Position numbers and translations under genes: made by a program. Below the pieces are notes generated by a model. That model did not search any database. It was not told the origin of the DNA and was given only the letters and a program-made list of their open reading frames with translations. From NCBI GenBank assembly GCA_030167145.1, contig CP126532.1, forward strand, positions 2,850,001-2,882,000: a stretch of DNA of 32,000 nucleotides, read 5' to 3'. Each line of letters begins with the position of its first letter. Positions within the stretch are counted from its first letter, which is position 1. This document shows, one piece after another, positions 17,015 through 25,579 of this stretch. This DNA is from Ktedonobacterales bacterium (GTDB taxonomy: Bacteria > Chloroflexota > Ktedonobacteria > Ktedonobacterales > JADMIN01).

Positions 17015-17485
17015 ATGGGCGCAGATATCAATGGGTGGGTTGAAATCAGGGAAGAACATGCGGATGCGTGGCGCGGAGTCATCCGCATAGACGACCTCGT
17101 GCATCGGTCTTATGGCATGTTTTGTAGTCTTTTTGGTTTCCGTAATTGGCCGCACAGATTCAGACCGGTTGCGCCGGAACGTGGTGCGCCGCCAGGAGCA
17201 TCAGCGGAGTATGAGGACGAGCGCGATGGTTATGGCGGGCCGGTCGGTGAGACGTGGATATTATGGAGCGAGTTTGCGGATATCAATTGGAATGAGGAGG
17301 GCAGACAATATATTGATGAGGAAACGGACTACGTTGAATCGTTGCCAGGACTACGACGCCACCGCGAGCGCAGAGGAGACTATCTTGTTGATGGATGGGT
17401 CACACTATTTGAGAAAATGGCAGCGCTGGCAGAGGAGTTCGGTGCTGAGAACGTTCGGTTGTCGGTTTGGTTCGATATGCGATAA
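17015..17485 (+). CDS. Hypothetical acidic protein
   Basis: 156-aa ORF, AT-richer than its surroundings. Its stop is 9 nt before the Rieske gene, whose AAGGAG RBS overlaps the 3' end (operon-like). No family recognised. Confidence 0.5.
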   Translation: MGADINGWVEIREEHADAWRGVIRIDDLVHRSYGMFCSLFGFRNWPHRFRPVAPERGAPPGASAEYEDERDGYGGPVGETWILWSEFADINWNEEGRQYIDEETDYVESLPGLRRHRERRGDYLVDGWVTLFEKMAALAEEFGAENVRLSVWFDMR

Positions 17486-17494
17486 GGAGTTCTC

Positions 17495-18511
17495 ATGTCA
17501 GCGCAAACGGGATTGCCGCCATATCCCAATGGGTGGTTCGTGATTGGCTTCTCGGATGAGGTGCGGCCAGGGAGGCTGCTGGCGCGGCAGTTCATGGGGC
17601 AGGAGGTGGTGGTGTTTCGCACGCGGTCGGGCAAGGTGTGTGCGGCGGACGCCTATTGCCCGCATCTGGGCGCGCATTTCGGCTATGGGGGCCGCGTGGA
17701 GGGGGAGTGGTTGCGCTGTCCGTTTCACGGCTTTTGCTTCGATACGCAGGGAAGTTGTGTGAAGACGGGGTATGGCACGAAGCCGCCGCCGACGGCGCGG
17801 CTGAAGCTCTGGCCGCTGCGCGAGCAGAACGGGCTGCTGCTGGTCTATCACGATGGCGAGGGCGCGCAACCGACGTGGGAGGTGGCGGCGCTGGAGACGG
17901 AGGGGTGGACGCGCCCGATTTGTCGCGCGTTCACGCTGCGCGATCATCCGCAGGAGACGACGGAGAACAGCGTGGACATCGGGCATTTCGCTTTCGTTCA
18001 CAAGTATCGAGATGTGCGGGAACTATGCGAGATACAGACGGATGGGCCGTATCTGAGCACGGCCTACGCGGTGCGGCGGGCGGCGCCGCTGGTGGGGCGG
18101 GTGTGGCGCGGGCTGAGTTTTGCGTTCGAGTTCGAGACGCAGATTTATGGGCTGGGGTACTCGCTGGTGCGGCTGTCTGTGCCCGCGCTGCGGCTGCGGG
18201 CGCGGCTGTGGGTGCTGCCGACGCCGCGCGACGAGGAGCGGCTGACGCTGTGGCTGGCGATGAGCGCGCGGATTCCGTGGACGGGGCACGCAGGCAATCC
18301 GCTGGCGCGGCTGCCGGGGAAGGCGCTGGCATGGCTGCTCGCGCGGTTGGTGTTGATGGGGCTGGCGCATGACGCGCAGCAGGATTTTCCAATTTGGGAG
18401 CATAAGCGGTATGTGCAGCCGCCCGCGCTGGCGAAAGGGGATGGCCCCATCGGCAGGTATCGCGCGTGGGCGCGGCAGTTCTATCGCCAGGAGGGACAGC
18501 AGGAGACGTAG
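17495..18511 (+). CDS. Rieske [2Fe-2S] non-heme iron oxygenase alpha-subunit-like protein
   Basis: CPHLGAHF...CPFHGFCF is the Rieske motif. The catalytic-domain pattern NSVDIGHFAFVH is present. Confidence 0.85.
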   Translation: MSAQTGLPPYPNGWFVIGFSDEVRPGRLLARQFMGQEVVVFRTRSGKVCAADAYCPHLGAHFGYGGRVEGEWLRCPFHGFCFDTQGSCVKTGYGTKPPPTARLKLWPLREQNGLLLVYHDGEGAQPTWEVAALETEGWTRPICRAFTLRDHPQETTENSVDIGHFAFVHKYRDVRELCEIQTDGPYLSTAYAVRRAAPLVGRVWRGLSFAFEFETQIYGLGYSLVRLSVPALRLRARLWVLPTPRDEERLTLWLAMSARIPWTGHAGNPLARLPGKALAWLLARLVLMGLAHDAQQDFPIWEHKRYVQPPALAKGDGPIGRYRAWARQFYRQEGQQET

Positions 18512-18514
18512 TGG

Positions 18515-19600
18515 TTAGGGCAGGGTGAAGCGCTGGAAGAAGGCCCAGATGGCGGTGGTCGCGTCGAGGTTGCGGCTGGTCTTGCCGATGACGGCGGCGG
18601 GCAGATATTGGAGTCCGCCGGGCCAGGCGTGGCCGCCGCCGAGGATGTCGTCGAAGATGACGGCGCTGCCGCCCGCGCAGCCGGAGTAGGTTTGCTGCCG
18701 TACCTGGGTGCCGTCGTTGACGAGTTGAGGCAGCGTGGTGATGGTGGGCGTGGGGGCGCAGGCGTCGAGCGTGGCCCACTGCTGAACCGTGGCGATGTCG
18801 GAGAGCACGCCGCCGCCGGGGCCGACGCGCACCGCGCCTCCGGCGGCGGGAATGATTGGGTCGTCGCTGCCGTGGATCATCAGCAAGGGCATGGGGTGCG
18901 CCGGGTGGCAGGTTGGGGCGTCGTTGGTGGCGAGCATCGCGGCGACCGGCGCGATGGCGGCGAGGCGGCTGGCGAGCTGGCATCCGAGCCAGAAGCTGAA
19001 GATGCCGCCATTGGAGATGCCCGTCGCGTAGACGCGATGGGTGTCAATGCGGTACTGCTGTTCGAGCGTATCGAGCAGGGCGGTGATGAAGGCTACGTCG
19101 TCCACGCCTGCTTTTTCGGGGGGTGTGGTACCGCGCCCATCGGCCCAATGGTGTTCGTAGCCGTCGGGAGCGACGACAATGAAACCCTGCTGGTCGGCAA
19201 GTTCGTTGAAATGGGTCAGCCCTTCCATGCCGCTGCCCGTGCCGCCGCCACCGTGAAAAGCGAAGATGAGCGGCAGCGCGCGGCTGCTGGATGCGGCGGA
19301 CGGCAGATGGACGTGATAGGTGCGCGTGAAGCCACCGGAGACGAGCGAACCGTCTACATCGCGAGTGCCGGTGGTTGCGCCAGGGGCGCTGACGCTGGTG
19401 GTGATGCGGCGCTGGCATGCGGTGGCGCTGAGCGCGAGCGTGAGCAGACCAATGAGACATGCGAGCGTGAAGGTGAGACGGCGCGCAGTCCACGATGAAG
19501 CGGTGTGCGCATGCGAGGCGGTCGCGGTCGCGGGTGGTGTATCAGATAGCAAACCCAGCCCCCTCCATCCACTCATGCGCGGGTATTCAGGAGCCAACAC
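18515..19600 (-). CDS. PHB-depolymerase-family (LpqC-like) secreted esterase
   Basis: Has LPLIFAFHGGGGTG and GISNGG (GxSxG), plus an N-terminal hydrophobic signal. The start is uncertain: GTG at 19600 or ATG at 19576. Confidence 0.75.
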   Translation of the reverse strand: MLAPEYPRMSGWRGLGLLSDTPPATATASHAHTASSWTARRLTFTLACLIGLLTLALSATACQRRITTSVSAPGATTGTRDVDGSLVSGGFTRTYHVHLPSAASSSRALPLIFAFHGGGGTGSGMEGLTHFNELADQQGFIVVAPDGYEHHWADGRGTTPPEKAGVDDVAFITALLDTLEQQYRIDTHRVYATGISNGGIFSFWLGCQLASRLAAIAPVAAMLATNDAPTCHPAHPMPLLMIHGSDDPIIPAAGGAVRVGPGGGVLSDIATVQQWATLDACAPTPTITTLPQLVNDGTQVRQQTYSGCAGGSAVIFDDILGGGHAWPGGLQYLPAAVIGKTSRNLDATTAIWAFFQRFTLP

Positions 19601-19999
19601 CTATCCGTCACGCTTGGCCAGCCAGTAGAGCGCGGTATCGGTGAGCGCTGCGCTGAACGCGAGCGCGCCGAGGCCGATGAAGCGCGGATGGCGGTGGCCC
19701 TGGCTGATGGCGAGGCCTACGGATAGCACGTCGCCGCCGTCGGTGAGGGCGCGGGCGAGCAGCCACGGCGCGTAGTTGCCGCCATGCGTGGCGGCGGACC
19801 ACATGCCGATGCCCATTACTACATCGCGCACGCCGAGCGAGCGCATCATGGAGGCGGCCTGGGCATCAGGAGCGCGGAAGCCAAAGAGGCGGGCGAATGA
19901 GCGTGGGGCGAGCGTAGGCAGCGCGCCAAAGGCGAGCATGGCCAGTCCAAGTCCCGAAGTGAGGCGGCGTGTTTGGGGGGCGTCGGGCAGTTGTCGCAT
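19601..19999 (-). CDS. Small membrane protein (DUF4267-like)
   Basis: Four hydrophobic segments. GGAGGA RBS 8 nt upstream of the ATG at 19999. The family assignment is from memory only. Confidence 0.5.
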   Translation of the reverse strand: MRQLPDAPQTRRLTSGLGLAMLAFGALPTLAPRSFARLFGFRAPDAQAASMMRSLGVRDVVMGIGMWSAATHGGNYAPWLLARALTDGGDVLSVGLAISQGHRHPRFIGLGALAFSAALTDTALYWLAKRDG

Positions 20000-20327
20000 G
20001 GGTGTATTCCTCCGCCGCGACACAGTGAGTGCGCGGATGAGCAGAGAGCGGCGCGAAGCGGCTGTGCGCGGAAGCGTGGCCTACCGCACGGCGGGTGGGA
20101 CGCTTCCTCATCGAATCATAACGCATGGCGCTCAGGCGCTGGCACGCAAGTTGCCTGAGAATCTGCTGATAGGCTTTTCGGCGTGCATAGCGCGATGTAC
20201 CGTGCCATGCCATGTTTCCACTGGAGGCCCAGGACATGCGGCGAGGAGCATATGGGCATGGCAGACACGCGCCTGACCGTATGAACCCCAGCAATCCGGG
20301 AGATGACCGGGCTGGAGGAGGATTCCG

Positions 20328-20909
20328 ATGAACCCCAATGAGCCGATGCCACCATTGCCGGAGGAGCAGCCGCCCTATTCGCAGGGGCAGCCCTACGATG
20401 TGACACAGAGTTATCAGGAGACACAACAGCGCTACGGGCAACAGCCACCACAGCCGTATGGACAACCGCCGCAGTACGGGCAGCCACCACAGCCGTATGG
20501 ACAACCGCCGCCACAACCGCAGCCGTATCAATCGGTGGACTATACGCGGTCGGTGCAGTCCACGCGGACGTATCAGCCGGGAGTTGTGCCACGACATTCG
20601 CAGGTCTATTTTCGCGTGCGGCAGATCGTCTATTTCATCCTGGGCATTCTCGAAGTCTTGCTGCTGATCCGGTTGCTGCTGAAGTTGCTGGGAGCCAACC
20701 CGGACGCGGGATTCACCGCTTTCATCTATGGTCTGACCGCGCCGTTCGTGTATCCCTTCCAGGGGGTGTTTCCCAGCCCTAGCAGCCAGGGCAGCGTGCT
20801 AGAGCTTTCGACGATCCTGGCGATGATCGTTTATGCGCTGCTGGCGTGGGTCGTGGTGAAAACGGTGGACATTATCAGCCGCCCGAAAGCGCCCGCGGAG
20901 ACAGCATAA
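20328..20909 (+). CDS. YggT family membrane protein with an N-terminal Pro/Gln/Tyr-rich repeat region
   Basis: C-terminal FILGILEVLLLIRLLLKLLGANP...LTAPFVYPFQGVFP. N-terminal QPPQPYGQPPQYGQPPQPYG is encoded by a near-tandem DNA repeat (20440-20510). GGAGGAGG RBS. Confidence 0.8.
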   Translation: MNPNEPMPPLPEEQPPYSQGQPYDVTQSYQETQQRYGQQPPQPYGQPPQYGQPPQPYGQPPPQPQPYQSVDYTRSVQSTRTYQPGVVPRHSQVYFRVRQIVYFILGILEVLLLIRLLLKLLGANPDAGFTAFIYGLTAPFVYPFQGVFPSPSSQGSVLELSTILAMIVYALLAWVVVKTVDIISRPKAPAETA

Positions 20910-20989
20910 GCGCTCGTCATAGTACGCCAACTCACGCCAGTTCCGGTCAGTTCACGACATGACCTGGGTCCTGAGAACGCCGCCACCAC

Positions 20990-21019
20990 TTGCGAAAAGT
21001 AGAAACTATGTTCTATAGT
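20990..21019 (+). promoter_or_regulatory. Sigma70-like promoter, cassette copy B
   Basis: TTGCGA (20990-20995), 18-nt spacer, TATAGT (21014-21019). Confidence 0.5.
21002..21013. promoter_or_regulatory. GAAC-N4-GTTC-like box (one mismatch) in the promoter B spacer
   Basis: GAAACTATGTTC abuts the -10 element. A second inverted repeat, CAGAAC-N8-GTTCTG, lies at 21020-21039. Confidence 0.4.
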
Positions 21020-21059
21020 CAGAACGCCGGGTAGTTCTGGGTGCCTATCCCGGTTTCCG

Positions 21060-21089
21060 GGCGGTGAGCCTGAGCAGGGCGCCGCTCTC
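21060..21089 (+). promoter_or_regulatory. Conserved leader motif, copy B
   Basis: GGCGGTGAG-cctgagcag-GGCGCCGCTCTC. Confidence 0.6.
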
Positions 21090-21145
21090 GATGTTCCGTC
21101 GCTGGGAGTAGACGGGGTGTCGGGGGTGGCGTCCTGTTTTTTGTT
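21076..21145 (+). terminator. Leader hairpin plus T-tract (intrinsic terminator-like), copy B
   Basis: AGGGCGCCGCTCTC (21076-21089) can pair with GGGGGTGGCGTCCT (21122-21135) as 14 bp including 4 G-U pairs, followed by GTTTTTTGTT. Confidence 0.55.
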
Positions 21146-21186
21146 GGCGAGGCATGTGGACAGGTGGATGTGAGGAGGTGGCGGAG

Positions 21187-22113
21187 ATGACGGCGGCGAT
21201 TGGGGTGAGCGCGTATGTGGATGTGCCCGCGTTTCTGCGGGCGGCGGTGAATCTGGAGACGGCGTCACTGCTGGGGTTGAATACGACGGTGGGGGTGGGC
21301 GGTGTGGCGGCGGGTGCGACGAGCCTGCCGGTGGTGGCGTCCACAGGATGGGCAGTGGGTCCGCTGTGGTTGCTGGATGGACCGTATGCGGAGATGGCGC
21401 AGGTGACGGGTTCGGTGGATGGGACGCATCTGACGCTGGCCGCGCCGGGGACACAATTCGCGCATGGGGCGGGGGTCTCGGCGAGCCAGGCGGGGACGGG
21501 CGGCGCGCTGGCGGAGGTGCTGCTGCGGGCGAGCGCGTGGATCGAGAATTATTGCCAGCAGGGAACGTCGGCTATAGATCGGTCGCTGTATGCGGTGAGC
21601 CGGAGCGAACGCTGGGGTATGCCGGACATGCGCGCGAACCTGGATCGCGATGGCGTGCTGGTGGTGCGCCCCGGTCATTTTCCGGTGCAGTCGGTGACGG
21701 CGCTGGCGATTGACCTGGGGCAGGGGCAGACGCTCAGCTTCGATGCGACACAGGTGCAGCTTGCCTCAAATGGGCGGGTGATCGAGCTGCCGTACCTGCT
21801 CTCCACCGCGCCGAATCCGGGGCAAGTGCTGGGGTGTCCGGGGGTGGGCCTGTCGCGCGTGCGTCGGCAATGGGTGACGCTGACGTATACCGGCGGGCTG
21901 ACACCAGGGGCGCTACCGTATGACGTGCGGCAGGCGTGCATTTGGGTGGCGAGCGAGCTATTGGCCGAGCGGCGCAACCCGACGGGCGCGGCGGCGGTGC
22001 GCCAGGGGAAGTTCGAGCTGCAAGCGCGGCTGCGCGGCGACGCCTCGCCGGACTCGCTGCTGCTGGCGCAGGCGAAGGCGGCGCTGGAGCCGTATCGTGT
22101 GGGGCAGATGTGA
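21187..22113 (+). CDS. Phage gp6-like head-tail connector (adaptor) domain protein with an N-terminal extension
   Basis: The central pattern LLRASAWIENYCQQG...RSL...VVRPGHFPVQSVTALAIDLGQGQTLSFDATQVQL..GRVIEL matches the gp6-like connector consensus (A..IE.Y..r.l...L...PV.SV..v..d). GAGGAGG RBS before the ATG at 21187. Confidence 0.6.
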   Translation: MTAAIGVSAYVDVPAFLRAAVNLETASLLGLNTTVGVGGVAAGATSLPVVASTGWAVGPLWLLDGPYAEMAQVTGSVDGTHLTLAAPGTQFAHGAGVSASQAGTGGALAEVLLRASAWIENYCQQGTSAIDRSLYAVSRSERWGMPDMRANLDRDGVLVVRPGHFPVQSVTALAIDLGQGQTLSFDATQVQLASNGRVIELPYLLSTAPNPGQVLGCPGVGLSRVRRQWVTLTYTGGLTPGALPYDVRQACIWVASELLAERRNPTGAAAVRQGKFELQARLRGDASPDSLLLAQAKAALEPYRVGQM

Positions 22114-22130
22114 CACGGTGGGGAAGCGGC

Positions 22131-23162
22131 TCAGGATGCGCGCTGGCGCCGACTGCGTACAACGCCTGTCGCCAGTTTGACGATGAACATGATAGTACCA
22201 AGGCAACTCAGTGCTGCTCCTGCTAGGCCGATCACGACAAGAGCAATAACGAAGGGACTGCTTTTGGAGGCCAGCCCTAGCTCCGAGATGATGACGAGGC
22301 CAAAGACAGGCAGACTTGCTATGCCATCGAACAGTATGATACGGATACCCCAGGACGGTCGGACCAGCTTGCTCTTGCGAACGGTTATCACGATCAATGA
22401 AATACCACAGGAAAGCAACACGACACCCACTGCCTCAGCAGCGTAGAAAAGCAAGCTCTGGATGCTATCACTTGGGCTGAAGAAGGTATGAAGGGAAATG
22501 ATGACAAGGAGCATGAGCGCACAGCCATGAAAAACACGTTCAAGTCTGCGTTCCCAGTTTGGCTGCGCGGTGGGTGGTGGGTTATTGCGCGGTTCCGGTT
22601 CCATACTTCGCTCCCTTGCAAAGGCGGATGCTATGCCGGTGAGCGCTGCTGCTGCCGTCGGGCAATGATGCGCTGGCCCGGTGGAGATGCGCTGGCCCGG
22701 TGGAGATGCGATGAACGCAAACGCAAGGCTCCCACAGCCGATGGCGAGAACAAGATAGGGTTCGACTGCACGCTGTAGCGCCAAAAGGCCAGGTGCAAGC
22801 TCATAGAGCGTTGGGAGTGTGCCATTGGGCAAGAGGCGTGCCAGTGAATCGTAAGCCCACGGTGGAAGAAGAAGGAATGCGACTATGAGACTCAATGGGA
22901 TGCGCCAAGAGCGCAATGTCCATGGACGCCGAATAGCGTTCCCTGCCAGTAGCAGCATATTGGCGCAGCACCATATCAGGGCGTTGAGGCTGAGCGCAAA
23001 GCCCAGGCCGGTGTGCTTCGAATCGAAAGACACAATCCAGGCAAGGGGCAGGAAGAGTACAAAGCAGCCGACCCATGCGACTAGCAAGATACGTTCCCAC
23101 CATGCGAGCGGGACAACTGGATGCTGCGCTATTTCGGTGGGCGGCTGCTCATTCGATTCCAT
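22131..23162 (-). CDS. Multi-pass integral membrane protein of unknown family
   Basis: About 8 hydrophobic helices. GAGGAG RBS before the ATG at 23162 (MESNEQPP...). AT-richer than its flanks. Opposite strand to the flanking phage-like genes. Confidence 0.6.
   Translation of the reverse strand: MESNEQPPTEIAQHPVVPLAWWERILLVAWVGCFVLFLPLAWIVSFDSKHTGLGFALSLNALIWCCANMLLLAGNAIRRPWTLRSWRIPLSLIVAFLLLPPWAYDSLARLLPNGTLPTLYELAPGLLALQRAVEPYLVLAIGCGSLAFAFIASPPGQRISTGPAHHCPTAAAALTGIASAFARERSMEPEPRNNPPPTAQPNWERRLERVFHGCALMLLVIISLHTFFSPSDSIQSLLFYAAEAVGVVLLSCGISLIVITVRKSKLVRPSWGIRIILFDGIASLPVFGLVIISELGLASKSSPFVIALVVIGLAGAALSCLGTIMFIVKLATGVVRSRRQRAS
22667..22710. repeat. Perfect 19-bp tandem duplication inside the membrane-protein CDS
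   Basis: GATGCGCTGGCCCGGTGGA occurs twice (22667-22685 and 22686-22704), followed by a partial GATGCG. Confidence 0.9.
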
Positions 23163-23246
23163 AGCTGCTCCTCGCATTTCGGCTGGCGCGTGGCGCAATC
23201 CAAGCATACACCATAGGCGGCAGATTGAGAAGGAAGGAAAACCAAG

Positions 23247-23564
23247 ATGATTTTCACGACGGTTCGGTTGGAGCGGCCAGAGGGGACGGCGCTGTTGCAT
23301 GGCATCGGCGCGCAGATCGAGCAGGCCGCGGCGGATGACCTGGCGCGCGCTGAGTTGGAAGGTGCGCGTCCGTATGATGTGTTCTGGCTCTACACAACGC
23401 AGGGTGTGCCAGCGGTTCCGCTCCAGCGGCGCGATGTGCTCTTCGACGAGCAGAACAACGACCTCGAAACTGGCCAGCCCGCCAAATATCGTGTCGCGGG
23501 GCTGGTCGAGACTTTCGATAACGATCATCAAGAGGCGCTCTGCGAGCGTGTCGTGGGAGGATAG
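23247..23564 (+). CDS. Phage head-closure / head-tail joining-like protein
   Basis: 105 aa. The size, its position after the connector, and the C-terminal pattern DVLFDE....YRVAGLVETFDNDHQEALCERV resemble gp7/SPP1 gp16-type proteins. This is pattern memory only. Confidence 0.45.
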   Translation: MIFTTVRLERPEGTALLHGIGAQIEQAAADDLARAELEGARPYDVFWLYTTQGVPAVPLQRRDVLFDEQNNDLETGQPAKYRVAGLVETFDNDHQEALCERVVGG

Positions 23565-23572
23565 GGAACATC

Positions 23573-24115
23573 ATGCCAGGCCCGGTTACGCTGCCCGGAC
23601 AGCCAGCGACCTTCGCCGCGCTCCAGGCGATGCAGTCCGTGATTCTGAGTGAATGCCTCGTCGGTGGAGTGTCGCCGTTCGCCGCGCTCTCGTCCGCCGA
23701 TATCGCGCGCTTCGGCGTCGCCAATGCGGTGTTCATCGGCCAGCCGAAAGATTTTAAGGATGCCTATCTGCCGCAGTGCAGCCTGTGGATTCCGCCGGAG
23801 AGCGAGAGCGCCGCGCTGCTGGGCTTCGCGGGGCGCGCCGTGGCGGAGTTCGAGGCGCGGGTGCGTGTCATGGTGGATCTGCGCGCGGACTGGTACGCCG
23901 CCGAGCAGCAGATACTGGCGATTCGCGATGCGCTCTGGCCGGTGCTGCTGCGGCACGAACGCCTGGGCGGGACGGTGACGAGTGTCGTCGCGGGCGAGGC
24001 GCGAGCCGGGCGTGGCCTCTGCTATGAGACGGTGGCGGGCGCGCAGTATCGCTGCTTCGAGGCGCTGTGGTGGGTGCGCCAGCAGTGGAACATCACCGGT
24101 GGGCACGTCGCCTGA
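23573..24115 (+). CDS. Phage neck / tail-terminator-like protein (DUF3168-like?)
   Basis: 180 aa, translationally coupled to the previous gene (its GGGAGGA RBS overlaps that gene's stop). The positional argument is stronger than the sequence argument. Confidence 0.35.
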   Translation: MPGPVTLPGQPATFAALQAMQSVILSECLVGGVSPFAALSSADIARFGVANAVFIGQPKDFKDAYLPQCSLWIPPESESAALLGFAGRAVAEFEARVRVMVDLRADWYAAEQQILAIRDALWPVLLRHERLGGTVTSVVAGEARAGRGLCYETVAGAQYRCFEALWWVRQQWNITGGHVA

Positions 24116-24135
24116 CAAAGGAGCGGGCGGTTGAA

Positions 24136-24158
24136 ACCGCGCGACGGGCGTCCACCGG
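24136..24158. repeat. REP-like hairpin, exact copy of 14275-14297
   Basis: GGGCGTCCACCGGACGCCCCTAC with stem GGGCGTCC/GGACGCCC, located 21 nt after the stop of the neck-module gene. Confidence 0.8.
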
Positions 24159-24405
24159 ACGCCCCTACAATGGCGTGCCGCCGCTCCACTTCGATCACAG
24201 CCCGCTCCGCTCCTACACGTCGCTCGCTGCGCCGTGTGCTGGCCCCGCCGTCGCGGGTTAGGCAGAGAGTGACAATGGAACGATTGAGGGCTGCGCTGGG
24301 ACTTTTCGCCTGCCACGGCTGAGCGTTGTGCTACGCTGGGCGCACTGCTTGCGCTTCGCTCAATGGCGAGCGAACGGTTTCTTGAAGGATGTGAGATACC
24401 GGCCC

Positions 24406-25320
24406 ATGCGAAGACTATCCGTTATCGCTCCGCATCATGCGCGACCCGCCATGTTCATTGCGCTGACGCTCGCGTTGCTGCTCTCCGCCTGTTCGCGTGC
24501 GGCGGGAGGCGCGCGGCCATCGCTGAGCATCACGCAAGGAACGGCGGCGGCATCGGCTACCACGATGGCATCGCCTACGGGGACGGCGCGGCCCACGGCC
24601 ACGACTGCGCCTGGCGGGGCGTACACGTTTCCGCAGATTCTCCCAGGCGCGGCGCTGCCGAGCGAGGCGACCTGCGCCGCACGAGTGCAGCGATCTGCAT
24701 GGGAGCCGCGTCACGATAACGCGGCGGCGAATGTGCGCGTACCCACGAGCGCGCAACTTGCCGGAATCGCGCCGTGGGACGGCGGGATGGGTCTGAATGG
24801 GAAGGCTGATGGCCTGCGGAAACACATGACGGGCGACTTTACGGGCACGACCGATGAGATTCTGCAATGGGTTGCCTGCGTATGGGGCGTGCCGGTGGAT
24901 GTGGTACGCGCGGAGGCTGTCGTCGAATCGTACTGGCATCAGAGCCAGCGCGGCGACTGGACCACCAGCCAGAACTATTGTCCGCCGGGCACGTGGAATG
25001 GTTCCGGCTGCTATCAGAGCTACGGCATTCTGCAAATCAAGTATCGCTACTTCGGCGGCACGTGGCCGATGAGCCGCGATGATACCGCCTTCAGCGCCGA
25101 ATATGTCTATGGGATGTTGCGCGCCTGCTACGAGGGTTGGACCGATTATCTGTACGACCGCACGCCGCTACCGGGCTATCCGCGCTACGGCGCGGGCGAT
25201 CTCTGGGGCTGCCTGGGCCGCTGGTATAGTGGCGGCTGGTACGATCAGGGCGCGGTGGACTACATCGCCAAGGTCAAGGCTGCCCTCGCGCAGAAGATCT
25301 GGCGTGCGTCGGGATTCTGA
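24406..25320 (+). CDS. Lipoprotein with a C-terminal lytic transglycosylase (SLT/lysozyme-like) domain
   Basis: Lipobox LLLSAC after a hydrophobic signal, followed by a Thr/Ala-rich linker. AEAVVESYWHQ (catalytic E-S) and SYGILQIKY (GLMQ-like) match SLT motifs. Confidence 0.65.
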   Translation: MRRLSVIAPHHARPAMFIALTLALLLSACSRAAGGARPSLSITQGTAAASATTMASPTGTARPTATTAPGGAYTFPQILPGAALPSEATCAARVQRSAWEPRHDNAAANVRVPTSAQLAGIAPWDGGMGLNGKADGLRKHMTGDFTGTTDEILQWVACVWGVPVDVVRAEAVVESYWHQSQRGDWTTSQNYCPPGTWNGSGCYQSYGILQIKYRYFGGTWPMSRDDTAFSAEYVYGMLRACYEGWTDYLYDRTPLPGYPRYGAGDLWGCLGRWYSGGWYDQGAVDYIAKVKAALAQKIWRASGF

Positions 25321-25505
25321 TCGCCTCCGCAGAGAGCGCTATGCGCCCGGCGTGGGAATTTGCACGGGATCGAGCCAAACGGTGGGCATCGTGGCAGGCA
25401 TCGTGGTGTGACATAGTACCGGCAACATTGGTTTAGAAATCTGAGTTAACCGCCATGATTCACGGCACGCGACGGTTGACCGCTGTGCGCTATAGATGAG
25501 ATCTG

Positions 25506-25534
25506 TTGACGCCGCTTGCTCACCGTACTACACT
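25506..25534 (+). promoter_or_regulatory. Sigma70-like promoter upstream of the propeller gene (site D)
   Basis: TTGACG (25506-25511), 17-nt spacer, TACACT (25529-25534). Confidence 0.45.
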
Positions 25535-25556
25535 GTTTTGGCGAACAGGGCGGGCG

Positions 25557-25579
25557 ATGTGAGCATGGCGCCGCTCGTC
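25557..25579 (+). promoter_or_regulatory. Partial copy of the conserved leader motif (site D)
   Basis: ATGTGAGCATGGCGCCGCTCGTC shares GTGAG and ATGGCGCCGCTC with copy C. The spacer is 3 nt rather than 9, and I found no clear partner arm. Confidence 0.3.

Noticed and set aside
23163-23531. The upstream 123 codons of minus-strand ORF 22131..23531, which overlap the 23247 gene.
   Set aside because: The translation is Arg-rich with no membrane character. The ATG at 23162 has a GAGGAG RBS and starts the hydrophobic protein. The overlapped plus-strand ORF has its own RBS and a phage-like context.
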